34,487 nt of DNA from contig JAMWDD010000002.1 in NCBI GenBank assembly GCA_023818885.1, forward strand, positions 1 to 34,487, in the 5' to 3' direction. The stretch comes from Candidatus Omnitrophota bacterium (GTDB lineage: Bacteria; Omnitrophota; Gorgyraeia; Gygaellales; JAMWDD01). Positions 18,203 through 26,744 of the stretch are shown piece by piece (position 1 is the stretch's first letter; each line of letters begins with the position of its first letter). A program made the translations under genes and the position numbers. The notes beneath the pieces were generated by a model, which saw only the letters and a program-made list of their open reading frames with translations, searched no databases and was not told the origin of the DNA.

Positions 18203-18448
18203 ATGCCCGTAATTATTTAATTATTTTATATGGCAAAAAAGGCAGGCGTATGAGGCCTATAGATTTGCCTAAACTAATGTTTGTTATCAGCTTATCTTTA
18301 ATATAAAATGATGCTTTAGAAAGCGAAGTTTTGCCATGATTATTCAGGGATAAGAACGCGATGGTCTATAAAAAATAAGTTTCTGGAAATGCAAATATAA
18401 CTATAAAGATAATTTCGTTTTTGAGCAATACGGCTTAAGTAATAAAAA
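18203..18448 (+). pseudogene. relic of glucose-1-phosphate cytidylyltransferase (rfbF) with large internal deletion and frame breaks
   Basis: MPVII / ILYGKKGRRMRPIDLPKLMFVI matches the N-terminus of the 21327 copy (IPVVILCGGKGTRMGMVDLPKPMFKI). NDALESEVLP, then ..AMVYKK.., then FWKCKYNYKDNFVFEQYG match its C-terminus (NDVLESDVLP...CAYKHDGFWECMYT.YKNNLRLNQLW). The middle ~0.5 kb is missing. Confidence 0.6.
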
Positions 18449-19129
18449 ATGAAAAATTTAATAAGGAAAAAACTTGTAGAATCTCGATATGGCGAAGAGC
18501 AACAGATAAATAAAGCTGATTATCCGAGAATAAAAATCTTAATTAATCTTGTTGGTAGTTACAAGCGTATATTGGATATTGGTTGTTATCAAGGTTATAT
18601 AGGAAAATTAGCCTTAGACTGCAATAATGAGGTATATGGAATAGATTTAGCTAGCAAGGCAGTTAGCCTAGCTAGGCAAAAAGGCATAAGAGCATTTGAA
18701 TTAGATATTGAGACAGAACATTTGCCTTTTGAAGAAAATTTTTTTGATGCGGTTATTGCTGCTGAAATCATTGAACACATCTTTGATACTGATGCTTTTC
18801 TTGAAAAAATAAAAAGAGTTCTTAAACCAGATGGAAGTTTAATTTTATCTACTCCCAATTTAGCCGCTTTGGGCAGGAGATTGATGCTTTTATTCGGCAA
18901 AAATCCTTTGACTGAAGTTTCGTTAGGCAATGAAGCCGCAGGGCACATAAGGTATTTTGTTAAGGAGAGTATATTCAACCTTTTAAAGTCCCATGGTTTT
19001 AAAATAGAATTTTTTACCTCGGATGTAATAAATTTCAATAATAGAGGGAATCTTTTTTTATCTTGGCCGGCTAAAATATTTCCTACGATAGGTAAATCAC
19101 TCATAATAAAAGCGAGGAATAATAAATGA
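18449..19129 (+). CDS. class I SAM-dependent methyltransferase (intact)
   Basis: Motif I ILDIGCYQG, acidic loop VYGIDL, FDAVIAAEIIEHI, LKPDGSLILSTPNL. 226 aa. Confidence 0.85.
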   Translation: MKNLIRKKLVESRYGEEQQINKADYPRIKILINLVGSYKRILDIGCYQGYIGKLALDCNNEVYGIDLASKAVSLARQKGIRAFELDIETEHLPFEENFFDAVIAAEIIEHIFDTDAFLEKIKRVLKPDGSLILSTPNLAALGRRLMLLFGKNPLTEVSLGNEAAGHIRYFVKESIFNLLKSHGFKIEFFTSDVINFNNRGNLFLSWPAKIFPTIGKSLIIKARNNK

Positions 19130-19211
19130 AAGATAATTTTTAGAGGGGATTAGTAAAGGTCTAAAACAAACCATTAAGTGGTACGAGGAATTTTTACAGG
19201 GAAGAAGATGA
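19126..19211 (+). pseudogene. relic of the rfbG-like dehydratase: first 5 codons joined to the last ~20 codons
   Basis: ATGAAAGATAATTT (MKDNF) matches the start of 22048 (MKDNFW). ISKGLKQTIKWYEEFLQGRR* then matches its C-terminus LNKGLKETFIWYAHFLKEEANV*. About 0.9 kb of interior is absent. Confidence 0.55.
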
Positions 19212-19212
19212 A

Positions 19213-19997
19213 ATGTTCAAAAAACAATTAAAATTAAGATTTATATCATAATATTTATTTTATTAGTCGTTAGTGCAGTGATTTGGTAGGCATCAAACAA
19301 TAATCCTGAAGCGATACTTAAAAATCTCTATAAAAGTAAATTGCCAGAGGTAAACAAAAAAATGACTTTTACAGTTAATTATTTGGTGTTATTCCAGCAG
19401 GAGAAGCTATTTTGAGCGAAGAAGGGCTGACTAATCTGGATGGCCATCAAGTTTATTCTATCAGCGCAGAAGCCAGACCAGCGTCTTTTATTACAAGATT
19501 TTATAAAGTTAAGGTCAACGTGGTTAGTTTTATAGATAAGGAAGTTTATTAACTATTTTATTTAAACAAAGTTTAGAAATGTAAAATAGGTTTCCTGACA
19601 ACAAAGAAGTGCTTTATGACCAAAGAAAACATATTATGACTATTGGGGGTGAAGAAAGAATAATTCTATCCGAAACTTATGAGCCGCTTTCTGCGATACG
19701 TTATATTAGGAATCAGGATTTTGAAAAATTAAAAGATTTTGACCTGAATATTAATACTAATCAAAAAAATTATGGGATGAAGGGAGTGGTTTTAAGTAAA
19801 GAAAGGATATCCCTGAATCATAAAAATTATTTTGTTTGGAAATTAAAAGCCAATATTGCAGGCGCGATAAAAACAATCCGTATCATAAATCAAAAGTTAC
19901 CCTTTATTTGCTGGATGATAAACAAAAAACACCTATCTTGATAAAGGTATTTGCCAGTGGCGGTTTTATTGTAGCGCCTCTAAAAAGAATAGAGTGA
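19213..19997 (+). pseudogene. decayed paralogue of the DUF3108-like gene at 23049-23819
   Basis: Pieces in three frames align to the intact copy. MFKKQLKLR / IYIIIFILLVVSAVIW corresponds to the signal anchor. GVIPAGEAILSEEGLTNLDGHQVYSISAEARPASFITRFYKVKVNVVSFIDKEVY follows. YDQRKHIMTIGGEERIILSETYEPLSAIRYIRNQDFEKLKDFDLNINTNQKNYGMKGVVLSK aligns to YDQENHIMTLRKEQRTILPFTYEPLSLILNLRQMDFSKGREFDLNINTNQKNYGMQGFVLTK. RDKNNPYHKSKVTLYLLDDKQKTPILIKVFASGGFIVA is the last piece. At least three frameshifts and three in-frame stops. Confidence 0.75.
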
Positions 19998-20025
19998 AGA
20001 TATGCGTGAATTGTGAGATATATAA

Positions 20026-20540
20026 GAACCCATAAAAATAGTGCTTAAATTGAAAGATTTCATTAAAAAGGAACATTTAGAAAATAATTTATTTTTAGTT
20101 TGTTGCGATGTTGAAAACCTCGGCCTTAAAGTAAAATAGCAGATTATTTAGTCTCTAATGCAATTTTAGAACATTTACCAAGAAAAAAAGAAGCAATAGT
20201 AGAAATTGATAGGGTTTGCAAAGATAAATGTGGTTTAATGATTACTGCTCTTCTAAAATTAGCGCCCAATTTTTTGGTTACCCATTTATTTCATGATAGA
20301 AAAATAGGCCATCTAAGAAGATACAACGAAGAAACATTGCTGAACAAATTTAATAACTTTAACTACAGAGTTAAAAATGTGTATTATTCTGGTCATTTCA
20401 AAAAGGTATTGGTTACTTCTTTAACTATATTGGGTTTGCATAAAGAAAGATGGGATAGATGGTGTGAAGAGTGCGACAGAAAAAAAGAACGTAAAAAATA
20501 CATTGCAAGTAATGTTTGTGTAATTTTTGAAAGGTTATAA
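20026..20540 (+). pseudogene. 5'-truncated, frameshifted class I methyltransferase remnant
   Basis: ...NLFLVCCDVENLGLK reads in one frame. ADYLVSNAILEHLPRKKEAIVEIDRVCKDKCGLMITAL...GHLRRYNEETLLNKFNNFNYRV follows in another. The SAM-binding motif I region is missing. Confidence 0.55.
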
Positions 20541-21114
20541 TTTAGGTTGTGGTGATGGGGGTCGGAAAGACGAATAGCGAAATAATTGAAGACCAATAAT
20601 ATTTATGGCGTTGGCAATCTCTTTGAGAAACTCGAAGTTGGTTTTAAGTAAGGGGATAAAAACATTTTTGTGATTGTTTCTGGCTTGGATAAGGTTATTA
20701 TACAATATATACCTGTTGAGGTTGAGGGTCAATTGAAATTTTACGCATCATAGACTGGACTAGGAAGAAGTTGCGATACAAAATATTTTAAAAAAGAATA
20801 GGGTTGCGCTTCTTATGATGCCCAATAGTTATTTTCTTGGCGATATATTGAAAGTTGTTTTTAAGGTCGAGCCTTCCGAGCAATGGCAAACAAAAGAAAC
20901 GCTGTTATCCAAAAACCAATGGAAAAATCTTTTAGAAGGTCACGGATTCATTGTGCAAAAAATATATTCCTACAATAAATACCCAGAATTATTTAAAAAC
21001 GGTTCTCTTAAACTAAAATCAATAAGAAAATTTATAAAAACTTTTTTGATGAAATATTTTTGTCCATTTAACTTATCATGGCAATTTATATTTTTATGTA
21101 TAAATAAAGAATAG
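20527..21114 (+). pseudogene. multiply disrupted class I methyltransferase remnant
   Basis: Motif I KGYNLGCGDGG runs into a TAG at 20575-20577. The interior is broken across frames. The C-terminal part is intact as the ORF 20815-21114 (LLMMPNSYFLGDIL...WKNLLEGHGFIVQKIY), preceded by LKKNRVAL. Confidence 0.5.
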
Positions 21115-21326
21115 GGTATGTTAGATGTAGTTAAAAATACCATTTTATTTATTTTAATGAACTCGATAATATTATTGAGTCCACTTTATATTTTTAGCCT
21201 ATTTAATTTTAGTTCTAAAATAGGATATGGTTATTACTTATATCTTAGTATTTTACTGCCAGATTATTTTAAGTGAGTTAATCTTAGACATAGCTGGTAA
21301 GTTGTATTTAGGAGTAGCTTAGTAAA

Positions 21327-22058
21327 ATGGACAGAAATATTCCCGTAGTGATTTTGTGCGGTGGTAAAGGCACGCGGATGGGTATGGTGGATTTGCCAAA
21401 ACCGATGTTTAAGATAGGAAAAAGGCCTATACTCTGGCATATAATGAGCATATATGCCTATTATGGATTTAAGAATTTTATTCTTGCTTTAGGATATAAG
21501 AAAGAAGTAATCAAAAAGTATTTTAAACAGGTCAAACGTTGGAACATAAAATTTGTGGATACTGGCCAAGAAAGCAATACTGGCGATAGAATTAAACAAG
21601 TAGAGAATTTAATAAAAAGCGAAACATTTTTTGCCACTTATGGCGATTGTCTTTCTGATCTTAACATTAACCAACTTTTAAAATTTCATTACCAGCATAA
21701 AAAGTTAGCTACGCTTACTTCTGTGCGGCCTGTTTCTCCTTTTGGCATCCTGGGGATAGATGCGCATACCAGCGGCGTTACATATTTTCAGGAAAAACCG
21801 CAGTTAGACCACTGAATAAATGGAGGATTTTTTGTTTTCGACCGCGCAGTATTTGAGTATATAAGAGAAAAATGATGTTTTAGAAAGCGATGTTTTGCCA
21901 CGTTTAGTCAAGGCAAAAGAACTTTGTGCTTATAAACACGATGGTTTTTGGGAGTGCATGTATACTTTTATAAGAATAATCTAAGACTTAACCAACTTTG
22001 GTTAGAGGCAAAAGCCCCTTCGGCGGTTTGGTTAGAAAGGAAGAAAAATGAAAGATAA
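21327..22058 (+). pseudogene. rfbF: glucose-1-phosphate cytidylyltransferase with one in-frame TGA and a compensating pair of frameshifts
   Basis: MDRNIPVVILCGGKGTRMG...LPKPMFKIGKRPILWHIM...FQEKPQLDH, then TGA at 21813-21815 directly before the conserved INGGFFVF. The frame leaves at the A5 run (21868-21872) to read NDVLESDVLPRLVKAKELCAYKHDGFWECM. It returns at the T4 run (21966-21969) to read YKNNLRLNQLWLEAKAPSAVW. The original frame ends at TAA 22056-22058. Confidence 0.8.
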
Positions 22059-23056
22059 TTTCTGGAAGAAAAAATTAATTTTTGTAACTGGCGCAAACGG
22101 CTTTCTTGCCTCACATATTACACTTAGTTTATTAGACAGAGGAGCAAAAGTAGTAGGCATTATTAAAGAAGACATTGCGCGCTCTTTCTTAAATCTTACA
22201 TTAAAAAATACCACCTATAAAAATCTTAAAATAATTAAGTTGGATATTACAGATTACCAGAGGATAAAAAAGATATTTAAGAATTATCAGCCGGATATTT
22301 GCTTTCATTTGGCAGCACAGGCAATTGTAGGAAGCGCTAATAAGTCGCCCATTCCTACTTTTCAGACAAATATCCAAGGGGCTTGGAATATCTTAGAAGC
22401 AATCAGGCAGTTTTCTTCAGAAACAAAAGTGGTTGTTGCATCAAGCGGCAAGGCTTATGGAGAGCATAAAAAGCTTCCCTATACAGAGAAAGCGGCTTTA
22501 CAGGCGCTTCATCCTTATGATGCCTCCAAGGCCTGCCAGGATATCTTAAGCCGCACTTATGCGTATACCTATGGATTAGCCATTTGTGTGAGTCGCTGCG
22601 CAAATATTTATGGTCCGGGCGACCTAAATTTCGCGCATTATTCCAGACACTCTGCGCGCAGTGATTTTGGGCAAGCCACCAGTTATTCGTAGCGACGGGA
22701 CCCCTTTGCGCGATTATATATTCGTCAAAGACGTAACCGAAGCATATCTTAAATTAGCCAAGGCACTTTCTTTAAATAAAAATAGATTTAGCGCTCAGGC
22801 CTTTAATTTTGGCACCGGCAAGCCCATTAGCGTGTTAGATTTAGTAAAACAGATTATAAAAATTTCAGGCCGAACTTATTTAAGGCCGCAGATTTTAAGC
22901 CAAGATAAAATCAAAGGCGAAATAGACAAACAATATCTTTCTAGCCAGAAGGCCAAAAAAATGCTTCATTGGCAGCCAAGATACAATTTAAATAAAGGCC
23001 TAAAAGAAACATTTATCTGGTATGCTCATTTTTTAAAGGAGGAGGCTAATGTGTAA
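22048..23056 (+). pseudogene. CDP-glucose 4,6-dehydratase-like extended SDR carrying a single frameshift
   Basis: FWKKKLIFVTGANGFLASH, YDASK (YxxxK), NIYGPGDLNF. The frame then breaks at ~22626-22632. The +1 frame continues with the expected SRIIPDTLRAVILGKPPVIRSDGTPLRDYIFVKDV... The span is 1009 nt (3n+1). This appears in the ORF track as 22048-22692 plus 22661-23056. Confidence 0.8.
23036..23045 (+). promoter_or_regulatory. Shine-Dalgarno-like site for the DUF3108-like gene
   Basis: AAGGAGGAGG ends 3 nt before the ATG at 23049, inside the 3' end of the dehydratase gene. Confidence 0.5.
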
Positions 23057-23819
23057 AAAAGGAATCAGAAAAATAATTTTGTTTGTTTTCTTGATTATCG
23101 CAGTGCTTATCCTATGGCAGTTATATCAAAATAGGCCGGAGGTAATTATAAAAAGATTATCCAGAGGCTCTCATTTGAATAGACCAAATCCGGAGTTAAT
23201 TTACCAGATAAAGTTCTTAGGTGTTTTGCCGATAGGTCAGGCAGTGATTTATCCGCTCAAATCAGATACTTATCAAGGCAAAGAAATCTATTTTTTACAA
23301 GCAGAAGCATTTCCTTATGCGTATATAAAAACTTTTTTAAAATTTAAGGCAAAGATACAATCCTATATTAACCGCAAAGACTATTTGCCTATATTATTTA
23401 AACAGGAGATAGAAGTTGGCGAAAAAACTGATGTAAAAGAGGTTATTTATGACCAGGAAAATCATATCATGACCTTGCGCAAAGAACAGAGGACGATTCT
23501 ACCTTTTACTTATGAGCCATTATCTCTTATCTTAAATTTAAGGCAGATGGATTTTAGTAAAGGCAGAGAATTTGATTTAAATATCAATACAAATCAGAAA
23601 AATTATGGAATGCAGGGATTTGTTTTAACCAAACAGCAAACAAGCCAAGGCGATTTTTGGATATTGCGTAGCCAAATCAGCCGGCGGGATAAAAATAATC
23701 CTTATCACCGTTCTAAAGTTACCTTTTATTTCTTGGATAATCAAGAAAGAACTCCGCTATTAATTAAGGTTTTTGCCAGTGGCGCTTATATTGTAGCTAG
23801 ACTCATTGATGTTAGATAA
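23049..23819 (+). CDS. signal-anchored hypothetical protein, DUF3108-like
   Basis: N-terminal hydrophobic anchor (IRKIILFVFLIIAVLILW). Beta-rich body beginning YQIKFLGVLPIGQAVIY... 256 aa. The family assignment is from memory of the DUF3108 pattern and is tentative. Confidence 0.55.
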   Translation: MCKKGIRKIILFVFLIIAVLILWQLYQNRPEVIIKRLSRGSHLNRPNPELIYQIKFLGVLPIGQAVIYPLKSDTYQGKEIYFLQAEAFPYAYIKTFLKFKAKIQSYINRKDYLPILFKQEIEVGEKTDVKEVIYDQENHIMTLRKEQRTILPFTYEPLSLILNLRQMDFSKGREFDLNINTNQKNYGMQGFVLTKQQTSQGDFWILRSQISRRDKNNPYHRSKVTFYFLDNQERTPLLIKVFASGAYIVARLIDVR

Positions 23820-23950
23820 TACCGGAGAACGCATAATTTTGGAATAAGAAACCCCTTATACCATTGCCAAACATTGCATGATCCGGTAAAAAAATTTTAT
23901 GCAAATATTACGAGCAAAGATTTTGTGATTAGCAAGGCCAACTATAAACA
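23809..23950 (+). pseudogene. possible 5' relic of another methyltransferase gene
   Basis: MLDNTGERIILE*ETPYTIAKH... resembles the TGER(I/F)(I/V)PE....(E)H N-terminus common in glycan-locus methyltransferases. In-frame stops follow and no motif I is present. Confidence 0.3.
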
Positions 23951-23977
23951 AAAATCGGTTCAAGATTTTCTTGTCGT

Positions 23978-26044
23978 ATGCCAGAGATAACACAGATATT
24001 TAATATCGTTATTTTTATCGCGCTAAATACAATAGTTGCTTTAAGCGCGGGATATCTCCTTAGGTTATTTAACTTAGATGCTGATATTGATAGGGCAATA
24101 ACTTATTTCTTGCTTTTCTTCGCCCAGATTATTGCTAGTGAATTAATCTTAGGTTCACTTAATAAGTTATTTTTGGGATACCTTTTTGCCCTGAATTTTG
24201 TCATCTTAGTTTGTGCTTATTTTCTTTTTAGGTCGAAAGAAGATTTGCCTATATCTGTCGTTTTGAAAGGGTTGCCAACTGACTGGTGCGCTAAATTTTT
24301 GCTTGCTTTTATTTTGGGTTTTGGCATAGTGAAAATTAGTATAAATCTTATCAATCCTCCTTTTGGCTGGGATTGCTTAAATTACCATTTTACTTTCCCG
24401 GTGGAATGGCTTAAGTATGGTAATTTAGATATACCGATAACCATAAATGATGACCCGTCTCCTTCGTATTATCCCCTAAATGGGAGTTTGCTTTATCTTT
24501 GGTTAATGTTGCCCTTTAAAAATGTAATGTTAGCGGATTTAGGCCAAATACCATTTTTTATTTTGGCTTTTTTAGCAGTTTTTTCTATCGCAAAAAAACT
24601 AAATTTAGATGATCTATATGCCTTTTTTGCGGCTAGTTTATTTACTTTAGTCCCCAATTATTTTAAACAGATTGAAATTGCTTATGTAGATGTGATGGTG
24701 GTTGCTTTATTTATGGTAGCATTAAACTATTTATTTTTACTAAAAGATGTCTTTTCTTTTAAAAATGTAATTCTTTTTAGTATGGCTTTTGGCCTTTTAT
24801 TAGGCATAAAGACCGTGGCTTTAGTTTACAGTATATTATTGTTATTACCATTTTTGTTTTTTGTAATAAGAAATTTTGAATTTAAGAAATTTACTTTGTC
24901 TATCTTAATTTTTGTTATTTTAACTCTAATATTTGGTGGATTTAGTTATATCAGAAATTTTTTAGAGACAGGAAATCCGCTCTATCCATTAGATTTTAAA
25001 TTATTTGGCTTGAATATTTTTAAAGGTGTTATGAGTAAGTCCGTATACTCCGCACATTTTACATTAAAGGATTATAGTTTAAGCAAGTTACTATTTCACG
25101 AAGGCGCAGGGATACAAACTTTAATCTTTCTTTTGCCATCAATTTTTTTGGTTTTACCAGTAACATTTATTAGGCGAAAAAAAGAGTTAAGTTTATTCTT
25201 GGCATATTTCCTTATTCTACCATTTCCTTTATTTTTGGCTTGGCGTTATGTTATTCCTTTAGCCAATCTCAGATACTTATATCCTTTATTTGCCGTCGGC
25301 TTTTTGATTACCTTTTATCTAATTAATATGCTTCGCATCCCAAGAAAAATTATAAATATTCTTATATTTATTTGTGTTATAGTCTCAAGTAGTGAATTTT
25401 GTGGACATCAGGAATTGGCTCTATCTATTATTCTTTCTCTTGCGGTATTCCTTTTATTTTTATCATTATCCAGATTTATAAAGATGATATATTTTAGGCC
25501 TAGATTTGCTATAGTTATAGTTATTTTATTGATTATTATTTTAAGTGTTTTAGAGAAGAATTATTTAGAAAATGAATACTCACGATACATAAATAATTCT
25601 CCTTTTTGGAAGGATGCTACATTGGCCTGGGCGTGGTTAAATGAAAATACTGATAAAAATAACATCGCCTATGTTGGCAGACCAGTGCCATTTCCATTAT
25701 ACGGCACCAATTTTAAAAATAATGTTTATTATATTTCCGTTAATAAAGTAGAACCGGCAAAACTACATTATTTTTCCAATTCTAAATATAGCTGGGGATA
25801 CGATTTTGAAGGCCTGCATAAGAATTTAGAAGAGCCGAATAATTACCGCGGAAACGCTGATTTTGGCGATTGGCTAAAAAACCTCAGAGCAAAAAATATT
25901 GATTATTTATTTATATATTCATTGCACCAGACAAAGGATATTATTTTCCCTCTTGAAGAAGAATGGGCTAAAAACAATCCTGATAGATTTGAAGCGGTAT
26001 TTAAGAATGAAACCATCCATATTTATAGGTTGTTAAGGAGTTAG
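23978..26044 (+). CDS. GT-C-fold membrane glycosyltransferase-like protein (ArnT/PMT_2-like) with C-terminal soluble domain
   Basis: 688 aa. About 13-15 hydrophobic helices. Early extracytoplasmic loop NPPFGWDCLNYHFTFPVEWLKYG. The polar C-terminal ~170 aa follow. Confidence 0.6.
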   Translation: MPEITQIFNIVIFIALNTIVALSAGYLLRLFNLDADIDRAITYFLLFFAQIIASELILGSLNKLFLGYLFALNFVILVCAYFLFRSKEDLPISVVLKGLPTDWCAKFLLAFILGFGIVKISINLINPPFGWDCLNYHFTFPVEWLKYGNLDIPITINDDPSPSYYPLNGSLLYLWLMLPFKNVMLADLGQIPFFILAFLAVFSIAKKLNLDDLYAFFAASLFTLVPNYFKQIEIAYVDVMVVALFMVALNYLFLLKDVFSFKNVILFSMAFGLLLGIKTVALVYSILLLLPFLFFVIRNFEFKKFTLSILIFVILTLIFGGFSYIRNFLETGNPLYPLDFKLFGLNIFKGVMSKSVYSAHFTLKDYSLSKLLFHEGAGIQTLIFLLPSIFLVLPVTFIRRKKELSLFLAYFLILPFPLFLAWRYVIPLANLRYLYPLFAVGFLITFYLINMLRIPRKIINILIFICVIVSSSEFCGHQELALSIILSLAVFLLFLSLSRFIKMIYFRPRFAIVIVILLIIILSVLEKNYLENEYSRYINNSPFWKDATLAWAWLNENTDKNNIAYVGRPVPFPLYGTNFKNNVYYISVNKVEPAKLHYFSNSKYSWGYDFEGLHKNLEEPNNYRGNADFGDWLKNLRAKNIDYLFIYSLHQTKDIIFPLEEEWAKNNPDRFEAVFKNETIHIYRLLRS
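26035..26040 (+). promoter_or_regulatory. Shine-Dalgarno-like site supporting a TTG start at 26046
   Basis: AAGGAG lies 5 nt upstream of the TTG. There is no in-frame ATG before the GT2 N-terminal motif. Confidence 0.5.
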
Positions 26045-26045
26045 A

Positions 26046-26744
26046 TTGCGGCTCTCTATAATTATTCCCGCGCATAACGAAGAGAATAATATTGAGGCAA
26101 CCATAAGTAGCCTTGAATCCAATCTTTTAATGGACTATGTTATAATCGTAGTTGACGACCATTCAACTGATACTACGAAAGATTTGGTTAAAAAGATAAT
26201 GCAGAGATTCCAAAATATTAGCTTAGTGGAAAATAAAAATAGCCCCGGCTTTGCCAATGCTTTGAGGGCGGGCTTTTTAGCAGTCAACACAGAGTTATTT
26301 ATCCCGGTGATGGCAGATTTATGTGATGAGCCCCGGACAATTAACGAGATGTATAAAAAAATACAAGCAGGATTTGATGTGGTTTGTGGCTCTCGCTACA
26401 TGAAAGGTGGTAAAAAAATAGGAGGCCCGCTTTTAAAAACTTTTTTTTCCCGTTTTGTGGGATTAACTTTGCATTGGCTGGTTGGTATTCCGACCGTTGA
26501 TATTGCCAATTCATTTAAAATGTACAAAAAGGAAGTATTAGATAACATAGATATAAAGGCAAGGGGCTTTGAAATCTCTCTTGAAATGTGCTTAAAGGCC
26601 TATTTTCTTGGTTATAAAATTACGGAAATACCTACAATGTGGATAGATAGAAAAAAAGGTAAATCAAAATTTAGTATGTTTAGAATGGCTCCGGCGTATA
26701 TCAAATTATACCTCTGGGCCATTTTTAGAAGTTTATTACCATGA
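26046..26744 (+). CDS. GT2 glycosyltransferase, DPM1/Ppm1-like (polyprenyl-phosphate sugar synthase type)
   Basis: LSIIIPAHNEENNIE, VVDDHSTDTT, VCGSRYMKGGK, DIANSFKMYKKEVL, RKKGKSKF. TTG start. Confidence 0.8.
   Translation: MRLSIIIPAHNEENNIEATISSLESNLLMDYVIIVVDDHSTDTTKDLVKKIMQRFQNISLVENKNSPGFANALRAGFLAVNTELFIPVMADLCDEPRTINEMYKKIQAGFDVVCGSRYMKGGKKIGGPLLKTFFSRFVGLTLHWLVGIPTVDIANSFKMYKKEVLDNIDIKARGFEISLEMCLKAYFLGYKITEIPTMWIDRKKGKSKFSMFRMAPAYIKLYLWAIFRSLLP

Larger units (their letters stand above)
18203..19997 (+). repeat. segmental duplication, copy A (decayed rfbF - [methyltransferase] - rfbG - DUF3108-like module)
   Basis: Same gene order and recognisable peptide/nucleotide similarity to 21327-23819. 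See the component relics listed separately. Confidence 0.65.
21327..23819 (+). repeat. segmental duplication, copy B (rfbF - rfbG-like - DUF3108-like module, better preserved)
   Basis: Counterpart of 18203-19997, as described under copy A. Confidence 0.65.

Noticed and set aside
19213-19997. The two DUF3108-like copies were considered as a template/variable repeat pair of a diversity-generating retroelement.
   Set aside because: Differences are spread over all base types and include indels and stop codons. No reverse transcriptase or accessory gene is present. The pattern is ordinary paralogue decay.
21118-21276. A 52-codon hydrophobic ORF in the gap before rfbF was considered as a bona fide small membrane protein gene.
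   Set aside because: It has no convincing ribosome-binding site, it sits in the decay zone and it has no recognisable family. It is mentioned in the findings but not called as a CDS.
21813-21815. The in-frame TGA at a conserved Trp/Met position in rfbF could indicate TGA reassignment (genetic code 4 or 25).
   Set aside because: TGA clearly terminates well-supported genes in this same window (tyrS at 2074-2076, the radical SAM gene at 6460-6462, the GT2 genes ending at 10972 and 26744, and others). The same rfbF also has frameshifts. A nonsense mutation is the simpler reading.
22624-22633. The rfbG-like frameshift site contains A_AAT_TTC, which fits the X_XXY_YYZ slippery heptamer, so programmed frameshifting was considered.
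   Set aside because: That heptamer promotes -1 slippage, but continuing the protein requires a +1 shift (the span is 3n+1). I could not find a downstream stimulatory structure. The adjacent rfbF is also inactivated.
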